Below are positions 6,463-12,167 of a stretch of 12,167 nucleotides of DNA, piece after piece (the stretch's first letter is position 1; every line of letters begins with the position of its first letter). Position numbers and translations under genes: made by a program. This DNA comes from a virus (lineage: Duplodnaviria; Heunggongvirae; Uroviricota; Caudoviricetes). The notes under the pieces were generated by a model. The model had not been told where the DNA came from. It made no database searches and saw only the letters and a program-made list of their open reading frames with translations. Location of the stretch: positions 1-12,167 of the IMG/VR virus record IMGVR_UViG_2617270997_000007. One strand, written 5' to 3'.

Positions 6463-6642
6463 ATGAAAAACGCATTGCAGTTTTTGTTTGTTGCGTTCTG
6501 GTTGTTCGCATCATGTATGCCCATCATCTTCACAGCAAGGTATATGGAAAAAATTGATGTTTTGATATTAATGTTTGGACATATAAATGCCCTTTTTTTA
6601 GGGGTGTTCATGGCGGTCATGTGCATTGAATACTGGCGGTAA
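6463..6642 (+). CDS. Small hydrophobic membrane protein (59 aa, two predicted TM helices) in an AT-rich moron
   Basis: ATG 6463 with GGGGGA just upstream; the track ORF starts at GTG 6424. Sequence MKNALQFLFVAFWLFASCMPIIFTARYMEKIDVLILMFGHINALFLGVFMAVMCIEYWR. The surrounding region 6343-6660 is visibly AT-rich compared with its neighbours. Confidence 0.45.
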   Translation: MKNALQFLFVAFWLFASCMPIIFTARYMEKIDVLILMFGHINALFLGVFMAVMCIEYWR

Positions 6643-6784
6643 ATACAGCGAACGCCATTGGTTTAGTTGGATATTTACTGTGCCGGACAAAAACGGTTTG
6701 CGGGGAAATCTTAGTTAAGTAGAATAACTGCGGGTGCTTGAGGCTATCTGTCTCAGGCATGAACACCAAAAGGCAGATAGAGAA

Positions 6785-6851
6785 AAGCCCCAGTTAACAT
6801 TACGCGTCCTGCAAGACGCTTAACATTAATCTGAGGCCATATCTATGCGAC
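6785..6851 (-). ncRNA. sok: Sok-like antisense RNA of the hok locus (approximate position)
   Basis: Expected by analogy with hok/sok loci. A candidate - strand promoter has TTGACC (complement of 6882-6887), an 18-bp spacer and TAATCT (complement of 6858-6863), directing transcription leftward across the hok leader. The 3' end is not defined. Confidence 0.25.
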
Positions 6852-6904
6852 ACATAGAGATTAGCCTCTTACGGACCGAAAGGTCAAGGAGAAGCAGGCT
6901 ATGA
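6845..6904 (+). CDS. Mok-like short upstream ORF (19 codons) coupled to hok
   Basis: ATG 6845, translation MRHIEISLLRTERSRRSRL*, with stop TGA 6902-6904 overlapping the hok ATG (ATGA). Too short to judge on composition alone. Confidence 0.25.
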   Translation: MRHIEISLLRTERSRRSRL

Positions 6905-7056
6905 AGCAGCAAAAGGCGATGTTAATCGCCCTGATCGTCATCTGTTTAACCGTCATAGTGACGGCACTGGTAACGAGGAAAGACCTCTGCGAGGTACGAA
7001 TCCGAACCGGCCAGACGGAGGTCGCTGTCTTCACAGCTTACGAACCTGAGGAGTAA
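6901..7056 (+). CDS. hokD: Hok/Gef-family type I toxin (51 aa), HokD/RelF-like
   Basis: Translation MKQQKAMLIALIVICLTVIVTALVTRKDLCEVRIRTGQTEVAVFTAYEPEE*, which matches Hok-family toxins and, as far as I recall, E. coli HokD closely. AAGGAG lies 9 nt upstream. Absent from the ORF track because it is under 60 aa. Confidence 0.85.
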   Translation: MKQQKAMLIALIVICLTVIVTALVTRKDLCEVRIRTGQTEVAVFTAYEPEE

Positions 7057-7126
7057 GAGACCCGGCGAGGGAGAAATCCCTCGCCACCTCTGATGTGGCA
7101 GGCATTCTCAACGCACCCGCACTTAA

Positions 7127-7150
7127 CCCGCTTCGGCGGGTTTTTGTTTT
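7127..7150 (+). terminator. Rho-independent terminator at the 3' end of the hok transcript
   Basis: Stem cccgc / loop ttcg / stem gcggg followed by tttttgttttt. A separate perfect 9-bp hairpin (ggcgaggga-gaaa-tccctcgcc, 7064-7085) lies just after the hok stop and may be the 3' fold-back element of hok mRNA. Confidence 0.75.
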
Positions 7151-7272
7151 TATTTTCAACGCATTTGAAGTTCTGGACGGTGCCGGAATAGAATCAAAAA
7201 TACTTAAGTAGCGCGCAGGGATAAGAGGGATGGTCCCTTAAAGGGGAGAGCTAATTATCCGGAAGGATTCTG

Positions 7273-7524
7273 ATGATGAACATCGAAGAACTGCGTAAAA
7301 TTTTTTGTGAAGATGGCCTCTATGCTGTGTGCGTTGAAAATGGAAATATTGTTAGTCATTACCGCATTGTGTGTTTGCAAAAAAATGGGGCTGCGTTAAT
7401 TAATTTTGTGGATGCCCGAGTGACGGACGGATTTATCTTGCGCGACGGTGAGTTTGTCACTTCATTACAGGTATTGAAAGAGATCGGAATAAAAGCTGGC
7501 TTTTCTGCTTTTTCAGAAGAATAA
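7273..7524 (+). CDS. rem: Rem-like small protein (83 aa)
   Basis: Complete ORF with GGAAGGA 5 nt upstream of ATGATG. Same size and position (between hok and the DUF968 gene) as rem in the K-12 Qin prophage. Symbol is from synteny and size, not sequence recall. Confidence 0.4.
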   Translation: MMNIEELRKIFCEDGLYAVCVENGNIVSHYRIVCLQKNGAALINFVDARVTDGFILRDGEFVTSLQVLKEIGIKAGFSAFSEE

Positions 7525-7590
7525 ACTCATCTACAATCTTGCGCGGGGCTGAACTCCCGCTGAGTAACACCGTGCCACCGGAGAAAACCG

Positions 7591-7869
7591 ATGGCACGCA
7601 ACGCAAAATATTACAAACATGATAATTCGACCGTTCTTGCCCACACGCACGAGCGGTATTCTCACGCATTTAAGTCAGACTGGTACCAGCATCCCCCATG
7701 CACTGAAGAACAGGCCGAATGGCTCATTCAGTGTTACCGCAGGCGCGGATGCGAGGTTAAAAAAGCCCTTAGCCTCGACTACCGTCACTGGATAATCTCC
7801 GTCAGGCTTCCTTACTCCGAACGCCCACCGCGTCTGTCCCGCACATTCCAGCAACGCATCTGGAGGTAA
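7591..7869 (+). CDS. Hypothetical phage protein (92 aa)
   Basis: Complete ORF with GGAG 8 nt upstream. Its stop lies 1 nt before the GTG start of the DUF968 gene. Confidence 0.55.
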   Translation: MARNAKYYKHDNSTVLAHTHERYSHAFKSDWYQHPPCTEEQAEWLIQCYRRRGCEVKKALSLDYRHWIISVRLPYSERPPRLSRTFQQRIWR

Positions 7870-7870
7870 C

Positions 7871-8917
7871 GTGCGGGTATTACTTCGACCTGTTCTGGTA
7901 CCGGAACTCGGGCTGGTGATCGTTAAGCCGGGCCGTGAATCCATGCCGGTATTCCACAATACCCGGGTACTGGTGGAGCCGGAACCGAAAAGCATGCGTA
8001 ATCTGCCGTCCGGGGTCGTTCCTGCCGTTCGCCAGCCGCTGGCGGAGGATAAATCATTACTGCCATTTTTCAGCGACGAACGAGTGATTCGTGCTGCTGG
8101 TGGCGCTGGCGCATTGTCTGACTGGTTACTGCGCCATGTTAAATCCTGCCAGTGGCCACACGGCGATTATCACCACAGTGAAACCGTCATTCACCGTTAT
8201 GGTACCGGCGCAATGGTGTTGTGCTGGCACTGCGACAACCAGCTGCGCGACCAGACCTCCGAATCACTCGGGCAACTTGCTCACCAAAACCTGTCTGCAT
8301 GGATGATTGACGTCATACGCCATGCAATGAATGGCTCGCAGGAACGGGAATTATCGCTGGCTGAATTATCCTGGTGGGCGGTCCGCAATCAGGTGGCGGA
8401 CGCGCTACCGGAAGCGGTATTACGTCGTTCGCTGGGGTTGCGTGCGGAAAAAATCCGCTCAATGTACCGTGAAAGCGACATCGTACCGGGAGAGCAGACC
8501 GCCACCAGCATACTGAAGCAGCGCACAAAAAATCTTGCGCCGCTGCCTCACGCCCACCAGCAAAACCCGCCACAGGAAGAGACGGTGGTCAGCATTGCCG
8601 TTGATCCTGAGTCTCCGGAATCTTTCATGAAACGACCTAAACGTCGCCGCTGGGTTAACGAGAAATACACACGCTGGGTGAAGACACAGCCGTGTGCGTG
8701 TTGTGGTAAGCCAGCCGACGATCCCCATCACCTGATTGGTCATGGTCAGGGCGGAATGGGGACAAAATCTCACGATATTTTCACGCTACCGCTGTGTCGG
8801 GAGCATCACAACGAGCTTCATGCGGATCCTCTGGCGTTCGAAGAAAAGCATGGTTCTCAGGTTGATTTAATTTTTCGTTTTCTTGATCACGCCTTTGCAA
8901 CTGGCGTGCTTGGGTAA
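7871..8917 (+). CDS. ydfU: DUF968-family protein (YdfU-like, 348 aa) with a C-terminal HNH-like zinc-finger motif
   Basis: GTG 7871 with GGAGG upstream. C-terminus CACCGKPADDPHHLIGHGQGGMGTKSHDIFTLPLCREHHNELH has the CxxC...HH...H...C..HH..H pattern of HNH nucleases. Size and position match Qin YdfU from memory. Confidence 0.6.
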   Translation: MRVLLRPVLVPELGLVIVKPGRESMPVFHNTRVLVEPEPKSMRNLPSGVVPAVRQPLAEDKSLLPFFSDERVIRAAGGAGALSDWLLRHVKSCQWPHGDYHHSETVIHRYGTGAMVLCWHCDNQLRDQTSESLGQLAHQNLSAWMIDVIRHAMNGSQERELSLAELSWWAVRNQVADALPEAVLRRSLGLRAEKIRSMYRESDIVPGEQTATSILKQRTKNLAPLPHAHQQNPPQEETVVSIAVDPESPESFMKRPKRRRWVNEKYTRWVKTQPCACCGKPADDPHHLIGHGQGGMGTKSHDIFTLPLCREHHNELHADPLAFEEKHGSQVDLIFRFLDHAFATGVLG

Positions 8918-8929
8918 AAGAGGTGACTG

Positions 8930-9304
8930 ATGCTCATAGATTTGGTTTTACCTTACCCGCCGACGGTGAACACTTACTGGCGACGCCGTGGCAGCACATA
9001 TTTTATCTCGGAGGAGGGAAAGCGTTATCGCCGGGCTGTGGCGCTTATTGTTTGCCAGCAGCGGCTGAAATTAAGCCTGTCCGGAAGGCTGGCGATAAAG
9101 GTGATTGCAGAGCCACCGGATAAGCGTCGTCGCGACCTGGACAATATCCTGAAAGCACCGCTGGATGCGCTGACGCATGCGGGAGTGTTAATGGACGATG
9201 AGCAGTTTGATGAAATCAATATCGTTCGTGGTCAGCCAGTATCTGGTGGACGTCTGGGGGTGAAGATTTACCCCATAATGCATGAAGAGCAGGTCAAAAA
9301 ATGA
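8930..9304 (+). CDS. rusA: RusA crossover-junction endodeoxyribonuclease (Holliday junction resolvase), 124 aa
   Basis: Motifs PYPPTVNTYWRRRG, RRRDLDNILKAPLDALT and MDDEQ line up with the RusA signature (WPPSNNRYY, RRRDLDN, DD.Q). AGAGGTGA upstream. Confidence 0.85.
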   Translation: MLIDLVLPYPPTVNTYWRRRGSTYFISEEGKRYRRAVALIVCQQRLKLSLSGRLAIKVIAEPPDKRRRDLDNILKAPLDALTHAGVLMDDEQFDEINIVRGQPVSGGRLGVKIYPIMHEEQVKK

Positions 9305-10122
9305 AACTGGAAGATTTACCGAAATACTACTCCCCAAAATCCCCTGGCCTGACCGATGCATCGGCCTCAACGTCAAAAGATGCGCTGAGTATCACTGATG
9401 TGATGGCCGCGCAGGGCATGACACAGAATCGGGCTGAGATGGGTTTTTCTGCGTTCCTGGGGAAAATGGGCATCAGTATGAATGACAGGGTGCGGGCAAC
9501 AGAATTACTGGCAGATTATGCACTCAGTCGGTGCGATCGTGTGGCGGCGTTGAGAAAACTTCCGGCAGAAATAAAACCGGTAGTGATGCGCATTATGGCT
9601 TCGTACGCTTTTGAGGATTATGCCCGCAGCGCAGCGAGTAAAAAGCAGTGCCCTTGTTGCTATGGGGAAAAATTTATTGAAAGCATAGTTTTTACAAACA
9701 AGGTCCAGTATCCGGATGGTAAGCCGCCGGTATGGGCAAAGTGTACGAAAGGTGTGTATCCGTCTTACTGGGAAGAATGGAAAAAAGTCAGGGAGGTGGT
9801 AAAAGTTGCCTGTCCGGAGTGTGGCGGAAAGGGTGAGGTTTCCACCGCCTGTAAGGATTGCCGTGGGCGTGGTGTCGCCATTCACCGTGAAGAGTCGGTA
9901 AAACGTGGTATGCCTGTTATCAGAGACTGCCAGCGTTGTGGTGGTCGTGGCTATGAAAGACTACCATCAACGGAGGCATTTAATGCTATATGCGAGGTGA
10001 CAAACCAGATAACACGCGCGTCATGGGAAAAAACAGTTAAGAAATTCTATGATGCGCTGGTGACCCGGTTTGATATTGAAGAAGCATGGGCTGAGCGGCA
10101 GTTAAAAAAGGTAACTAGGTAA
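9301..10122 (+). CDS. Late-gene antitermination protein Q-like (273 aa) with CxxC zinc fingers
   Basis: ATG 9301 overlaps the rusA stop (ATGA). Cys-rich C-terminal region CPECGGKGEVSTACKDCRGRG...CQRCGGRGY. Sits directly upstream of a lambda-type PR', the canonical Q position. Confidence 0.6.
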   Translation: MKLEDLPKYYSPKSPGLTDASASTSKDALSITDVMAAQGMTQNRAEMGFSAFLGKMGISMNDRVRATELLADYALSRCDRVAALRKLPAEIKPVVMRIMASYAFEDYARSAASKKQCPCCYGEKFIESIVFTNKVQYPDGKPPVWAKCTKGVYPSYWEEWKKVREVVKVACPECGGKGEVSTACKDCRGRGVAIHREESVKRGMPVIRDCQRCGGRGYERLPSTEAFNAICEVTNQITRASWEKTVKKFYDALVTRFDIEEAWAERQLKKVTR

Positions 10123-10128
10123 CAAGGT

Positions 10129-10156
10129 TGATTTTTCCGGAATCTGTGGTAAATTC
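10129..10156 (+). promoter_or_regulatory. Late promoter PR' (lambda-type), with the downstream pause-region motif
   Basis: -35 TTGATT (10129-10134), 16-bp spacer containing TGg, -10 TAAATT (10151-10156), then cgtcataacgATGGG. Lambda PR' as I recall it is TTGACT ... TAAATT tgactcaacgATGGG, so the -10 and the aacgATGGG block are shared. Confidence 0.6.
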
Positions 10157-10204
10157 GTCATAACGATGGGCCTTTTATGCCTGACGTTAGAAGAGTTTCT
10201 ACAA

Positions 10205-10229
10205 CCCGCCGCCGAGCGGGTTTTTTATT
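10205..10229 (+). terminator. Rho-independent terminator about 50-65 nt downstream of PR' (tR'-like)
   Basis: Stem cccgc (10206-10210), loop cgccga, stem gcggg (10217-10221), then tttttt. Confidence 0.6.
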
Positions 10230-10264
10230 GCGGAATTAATTACGGACCGTTATTATTCTGCTCC

Positions 10265-10340
10265 CGGCCCTTTAGCTCAGTGGTGAGAGCGAGCGACTCA
10301 TAATCGCCAGGTCGCTGGTTCAAATCCAGCAAGGGCCACC
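10265..10340 (+). tRNA. ileZ: tRNA-Ile2 (anticodon CAU, lysidine type; formally also readable as Met), 76 nt with encoded CCA
   Basis: Cloverleaf folded by hand: acceptor ggccctt/aagggcc, D-stem gctc/gagc, anticodon loop ctCATaa, T-arm gctgg-ttcaaat-ccagc, discriminator A, CCA. Near-identical to E. coli ileX as recalled. Confidence 0.85.
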
Positions 10341-10347
10341 ATCACAT

Positions 10348-10424
10348 ACCGCCATTAGCTCATCAGGAAAGAGCGCCAGCCTTCGAAGCTGGTTGCGCGG
10401 AGTTCGGGTCCCCGAAGGCGGTCC
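10348..10424 (+). tRNA. argN: tRNA-Arg (anticodon UCG), 77 nt, with non-canonical features
   Basis: Anticodon arm ccagc-ctTCGaa-gctgg is perfect and D-stem gctc/gagc is good. The acceptor stem has one A-A mismatch at pair 6, the T-stem has one A-C mismatch, and the T-loop is ttcgggt (G where the conserved A58 is expected). CCA is encoded. Confidence 0.6.
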
Positions 10425-10437
10425 ATTATCTGTATCC

Positions 10438-10514
10438 TGCGTTGTTAGCTCAGCCGGACAGAGCAATTGCCTTCTAAGCAATCGGTCACTGGTTCGAATC
10501 CAGTACAACGCGCC
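10438..10514 (+). tRNA. argO: tRNA-Arg (anticodon UCU), 77 nt with encoded CCA
   Basis: Clean cloverleaf: acceptor gcgttgt/acaacgc, D-stem gctc/gagc, anticodon arm attgc-ctTCTaa-gcaat, T-arm actgg-ttcgaat-ccagt, discriminator G, CCA. Confidence 0.85.
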
Positions 10515-10529
10515 ACACTTATTTTCCCT

Positions 10530-10552
10530 GGCTCGCTTTTGCGGGCTTTTTT
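10530..10552 (+). terminator. Rho-independent terminator after the tRNA cluster
   Basis: Stem ggctcgc (with one G-U pair), loop tttt, stem gcgggc, followed by a 7-nt T-run. Confidence 0.6.
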
Positions 10553-10557
10553 TTAAA

Positions 10558-10770
10558 TGTCTCACAATTCAGGCGGTTGACTGTTGTCTGGTTTGCGGGG
10601 AGTTTGTTAAAAGAAACTGGCATGGTGAATCCCCCTGTGCGGAGGGGCAATCAGCGAGTAGGTATATGGGATAATCGCGGATTCAGGTGCTGGTACTGAA
10701 TTCACCGGGAGGCACCCGGCACCATGCAATGGCACATAGCGCCACTCTCCAGCCCCTCTCCGGAGGGGCT
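10558..10770 (+). repeat. Structured repeat module A: promoter-like -35, two conserved GC hairpins and a terminal terminator hairpin (candidate small RNA or leader cassette)
   Basis: Shares ordered blocks with module B: ctcacaattcag; TTGACT (10574-10579); tttgttaaaa; hairpin cccct-gtgcgg-agggg (10629-10644); hairpin ccggg-aggca-cccgg (10702-10716) followed by ATG; terminator gcccctc-tccg-gaggggc (10749-10766) plus tttt. Confidence 0.6.
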
Positions 10771-10964
10771 TTTCTGTGCCGGATACATCACAGTTTCTGG
10801 AACCTTAGGTACTACAGTATCAGTCAGGGTGCTATATTTTCAGATGTGATGAAAGCCTGTCAGCAGGCAGGGCGTATCGGAAATGACCCAGTAGAGAAAA
10901 CGTTGACTCAGATACCGGTGCTGAGTTACCGGGAAACCGGCATCACATGACCGCTATCCTTCCA

Positions 10965-10991
10965 GGCCCATCCGCTCCGGTGGGCCTTTTT
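10965..10991 (+). terminator. Rho-independent terminator between the two repeat modules
   Basis: Stem ggccca (10965-10970), 10-nt loop, stem tgggcc (10981-10986), then ttttt. It closes a short unit containing a possible 33-codon ORF at 10849-10950, which has no convincing Shine-Dalgarno and is not called. Confidence 0.45.
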
Positions 10992-11028
10992 ACTGCAGAA
11001 AACAGGTTCCCCGTTAAATGCTATGTTG

Positions 11029-11262
11029 CTCACAATTCAGTAAGTTGACAGTTGCCTGTCAGACTGGGCATTTGTTAAAAAAATTTCGCATGGTGAATCC
11101 CCCTGAGCGGAGGGGCGACTGGTGACGGTATAATCTCTGATTATCAAAACGAGAATGACGCGGGTTTAGTGGCACCGGGCTGAACTCACCGGGAGGCACC
11201 CGGCACCATGTGCATGATGATACAGATACGCGGCTTTAGCCCCTCTCCGGAGGGGCTTTCTT
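11029..11262 (+). repeat. Structured repeat module B, paralogous to module A
   Basis: Same blocks in the same order: ctcacaattcag (11029-11040); TTGACA (11045-11050); tttgttaaaa; hairpin ccccctgagcggagggg; a TATAAT at 11129-11134; caccgggaggcacccggcaccATG; terminator gcccctc-tccg-gaggggc (11239-11256) plus T-tract. It has about 20 bp of insertion relative to A. Confidence 0.6.
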
Positions 11263-11267
11263 ATGGA

Positions 11268-11297
11268 CAAAAAAAGCCCGCGCTGGGAGACGCGGGC
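11268..11297 (-). terminator. Minus-strand intrinsic terminator immediately after module B
   Basis: On the + strand an A7 tract (11269-11275) precedes the hairpin gcccgcg-ctgggaga-cgcgggc (11276-11297). Read on the - strand this is hairpin plus U-tract. No convincing - strand gene lies upstream of it. Confidence 0.4.
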
Positions 11298-11490
11298 GGC
11301 AAGGAATAAACAATAAAACGTGAAGTAATATTTCAGCTGGCGAATAATACCCCATAGTAATCACTCTGCGCAACTGCGCGGTCTTTTTCGAATTGCGGGC
11401 TGTAGTCTCCCTTCTGCCATTGTCCTGTAACTTCCGGACTTCAGCCTGCTCCTTATCTGACTCACAACATTATCCCGCCCGGGAGGATTC

Positions 11491-11679
11491 ATGGCATTTA
11501 AACACTATGACGTGGTCAGGGCGGCATCGCCGTCAGACCTTGCGAAACGACTGACACAAAAACTGAAGGAGGGCTGGCAGCCGTTTGGTAGTCCGGTGGC
11601 CATAACCCCTTATACCCTGATGCAGGCGATTGCAGCAGAAGGTGATGTGGTGGTCAGTGGTGCAACTGAGCCGGAGTGA
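11491..11679 (+). CDS. DUF1737-like small protein (62 aa), commonly found just upstream of lambdoid lysis cassettes
   Basis: Complete ORF with GGGAGG 5 nt upstream. Translation [62 protein letters not shown]. Family assignment is from memory of position and size. Confidence 0.55.
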   Translation: MAFKHYDVVRAASPSDLAKRLTQKLKEGWQPFGSPVAITPYTLMQAIAAEGDVVVSGATEPE

Positions 11680-11837
11680 TACTACGTCATCGTACTGGCC
11701 CGGCATTCCAGGCCATAAAAGACGGTCTGGCAGTGGGACTAAATGCACTGACGCTGACGGATATTACCAAAAATGCAACGTATGGCGTTGAGATAGAAAG
11801 TCTGGTGCTGGAGATAAATGCACCGGCATCATCATAA
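11676..11837 (+). CDS. Possible small ORF (54 codons, GTG start) coupled to the DUF1737-like gene; not in the ORF track
   Basis: GTG 11676-11678 overlaps the upstream TGA (GTGA). Translation [53 protein letters not shown]. The upstream ribosome-binding site is weak. Confidence 0.3.
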   Translation: MILRHRTGPAFQAIKDGLAVGLNALTLTDITKNATYGVEIESLVLEINAPASS

Positions 11838-11921
11838 AAAGTGAGCCAGTCAAATGGAAGGTATCGTTAAACTCACCGGTAGTGTCAGTGGGTCGTCTGA
11901 GACGCCTGCATGAGTTATCAG

Positions 11922-11950
11922 AGCCATCAGTACTTAACTGGTGGCTTTTT
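11922..11950 (+). terminator. Rho-independent terminator 28 nt upstream of the holin start
   Basis: Stem gccatcag (11922-11929), loop tacttaa, stem ctggtggc (one G-U pair), followed by ttttttatt. Confidence 0.55.
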
Positions 11951-11977
11951 TATTGTTGTCAGCTTCCGGATAACGGG

Positions 11978-12167
11978 AGACGGGGTATGTACCAGATGGA
12001 AAAAATCACAACAGGTGTGTCATACACCACGTCAGCGGTGGGAACGGGCTACTGGTTCCTGCAGTTGCTGGACAGGGTTTCCCCGTCTCAGTGGGCGGCA
12101 ATAGGCGTGCTGGGGAGTCTGCTGTTTGGGCTGCTGACATATCTGACTAACCTGTATTTCAAAATCA
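11978..12167 (+). CDS. S: Class II holin (phage 21 S21-type pinholin), 3' end cut off by the window
   Basis: Translation [60 protein letters not shown]... resembles S21 as recalled ([63 protein letters not shown]...). Two in-frame starts at codons 1 and 4 (ATG 11978 and 11987). No stop before position 12167. Confidence 0.8.

Larger units (their letters stand above)
1..12167 (+). mobile_element. Lambdoid prophage segment: immunity, replication, accessory operon, Q/late promoter, tRNAs, start of lysis cassette
   Basis: Gene order and content: DicA/Cro-like pair, O/P-like replication genes, RusA, Q, PR'-type promoter, tRNA cluster and S21-like holin, nearly all co-directional. Both ends run off the window, so prophage boundaries are not visible. 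Confidence 0.85.

Noticed and set aside
6435-6626. Minus-strand ORF 6435..6626
   Set aside because: Antisense to the small membrane-protein ORF in AT-rich DNA, where spurious ORFs are common.
7457-7995. Minus-strand ORFs 7457..7669 and 7675..7995
   Set aside because: Antisense to the Rem-like, 92-aa and DUF968 genes.
8091-9885. Internal and antisense ORFs 8091..8306, 8313..8573, 8331..8516, 8459..8773, 8923..9123, 9025..9219, 9188..9376 and 9505..9885
   Set aside because: They overlap the DUF968, rusA and Q genes in other frames or on the opposite strand.
10320-10674. ORFs 10320..10565 (-) and 10393..10674 (+)
   Set aside because: They run across the three tRNA genes and their terminator, so they are artefacts of GC-rich structured RNA sequence.
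10687-10950. ORF 10687..10950 (+), 87 aa
   Set aside because: It begins inside repeat module A and reads through its terminator hairpin, and the paralogous module B has no equivalent ORF. Only its last 33 codons (10849..10950) could be a separate small ORF, and that has no convincing Shine-Dalgarno.
10520-11490. Shiga toxin genes stxA/stxB downstream of the tRNA cluster
   Set aside because: Looked for because the Q, PR' and tRNA layout matches Stx phages. There is no ORF of suitable size in any frame; the region holds the repeat modules instead.
11533-11748. Minus-strand ORF 11533..11748
   Set aside because: Antisense to the DUF1737-like gene, which has a good ribosome-binding site.
11910-12104. 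Plus-strand ORF 11910..12104
   Set aside because: It starts inside the terminator hairpin and overlaps the S21-like holin in another frame. The holin reading has clear similarity to S21.
1-12167. CRISPR arrays, IS elements, integrase or attachment sites
   Set aside because: No regularly spaced short direct repeats with unique spacers, no transposase-like ORF or terminal inverted repeats, and no integrase in the window. The iteron-like and module repeats do not have CRISPR architecture.

Overview
The window reads as one contiguous segment of an E. coli-type lambdoid prophage, early-to-late, with every convincing gene on the + strand except the immunity repressor. All calls below come from reading the sequence and from remembered protein families; no database search was run. 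Order: DicA-like repressor (-) and a divergent Cro/DicC-like gene; a YdaT/CII-position protein; an O-like replication initiator with iteron-like repeats inside its coding sequence; a lambda-P-like helicase loader; a translationally coupled operon of about eight small uncharacterised proteins (3121-6342) in place of a canonical nin region; an AT-rich moron encoding a small membrane protein; a hok/sok-type type I toxin-antitoxin locus; Rem-like, a 92-aa ORF, and a DUF968 protein with an HNH-like C-terminus; RusA; Q antiterminator; a lambda-type PR' promoter and terminator; a tRNA-Ile(CAU)/tRNA-Arg(UCG)/tRNA-Arg(UCU) cluster; two paralogous structured promoter-to-terminator modules; a DUF1737-like gene; and an S21-type pinholin cut off by the window end. 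The most interesting candidates for something undescribed are the two repeat modules at 10558-11262 and the 3121-6342 operon, which includes a zinc-ribbon ORF with no usable start codon and two tiny acidic proteins. No CRISPR array, IS element, integrase or stx gene was seen.
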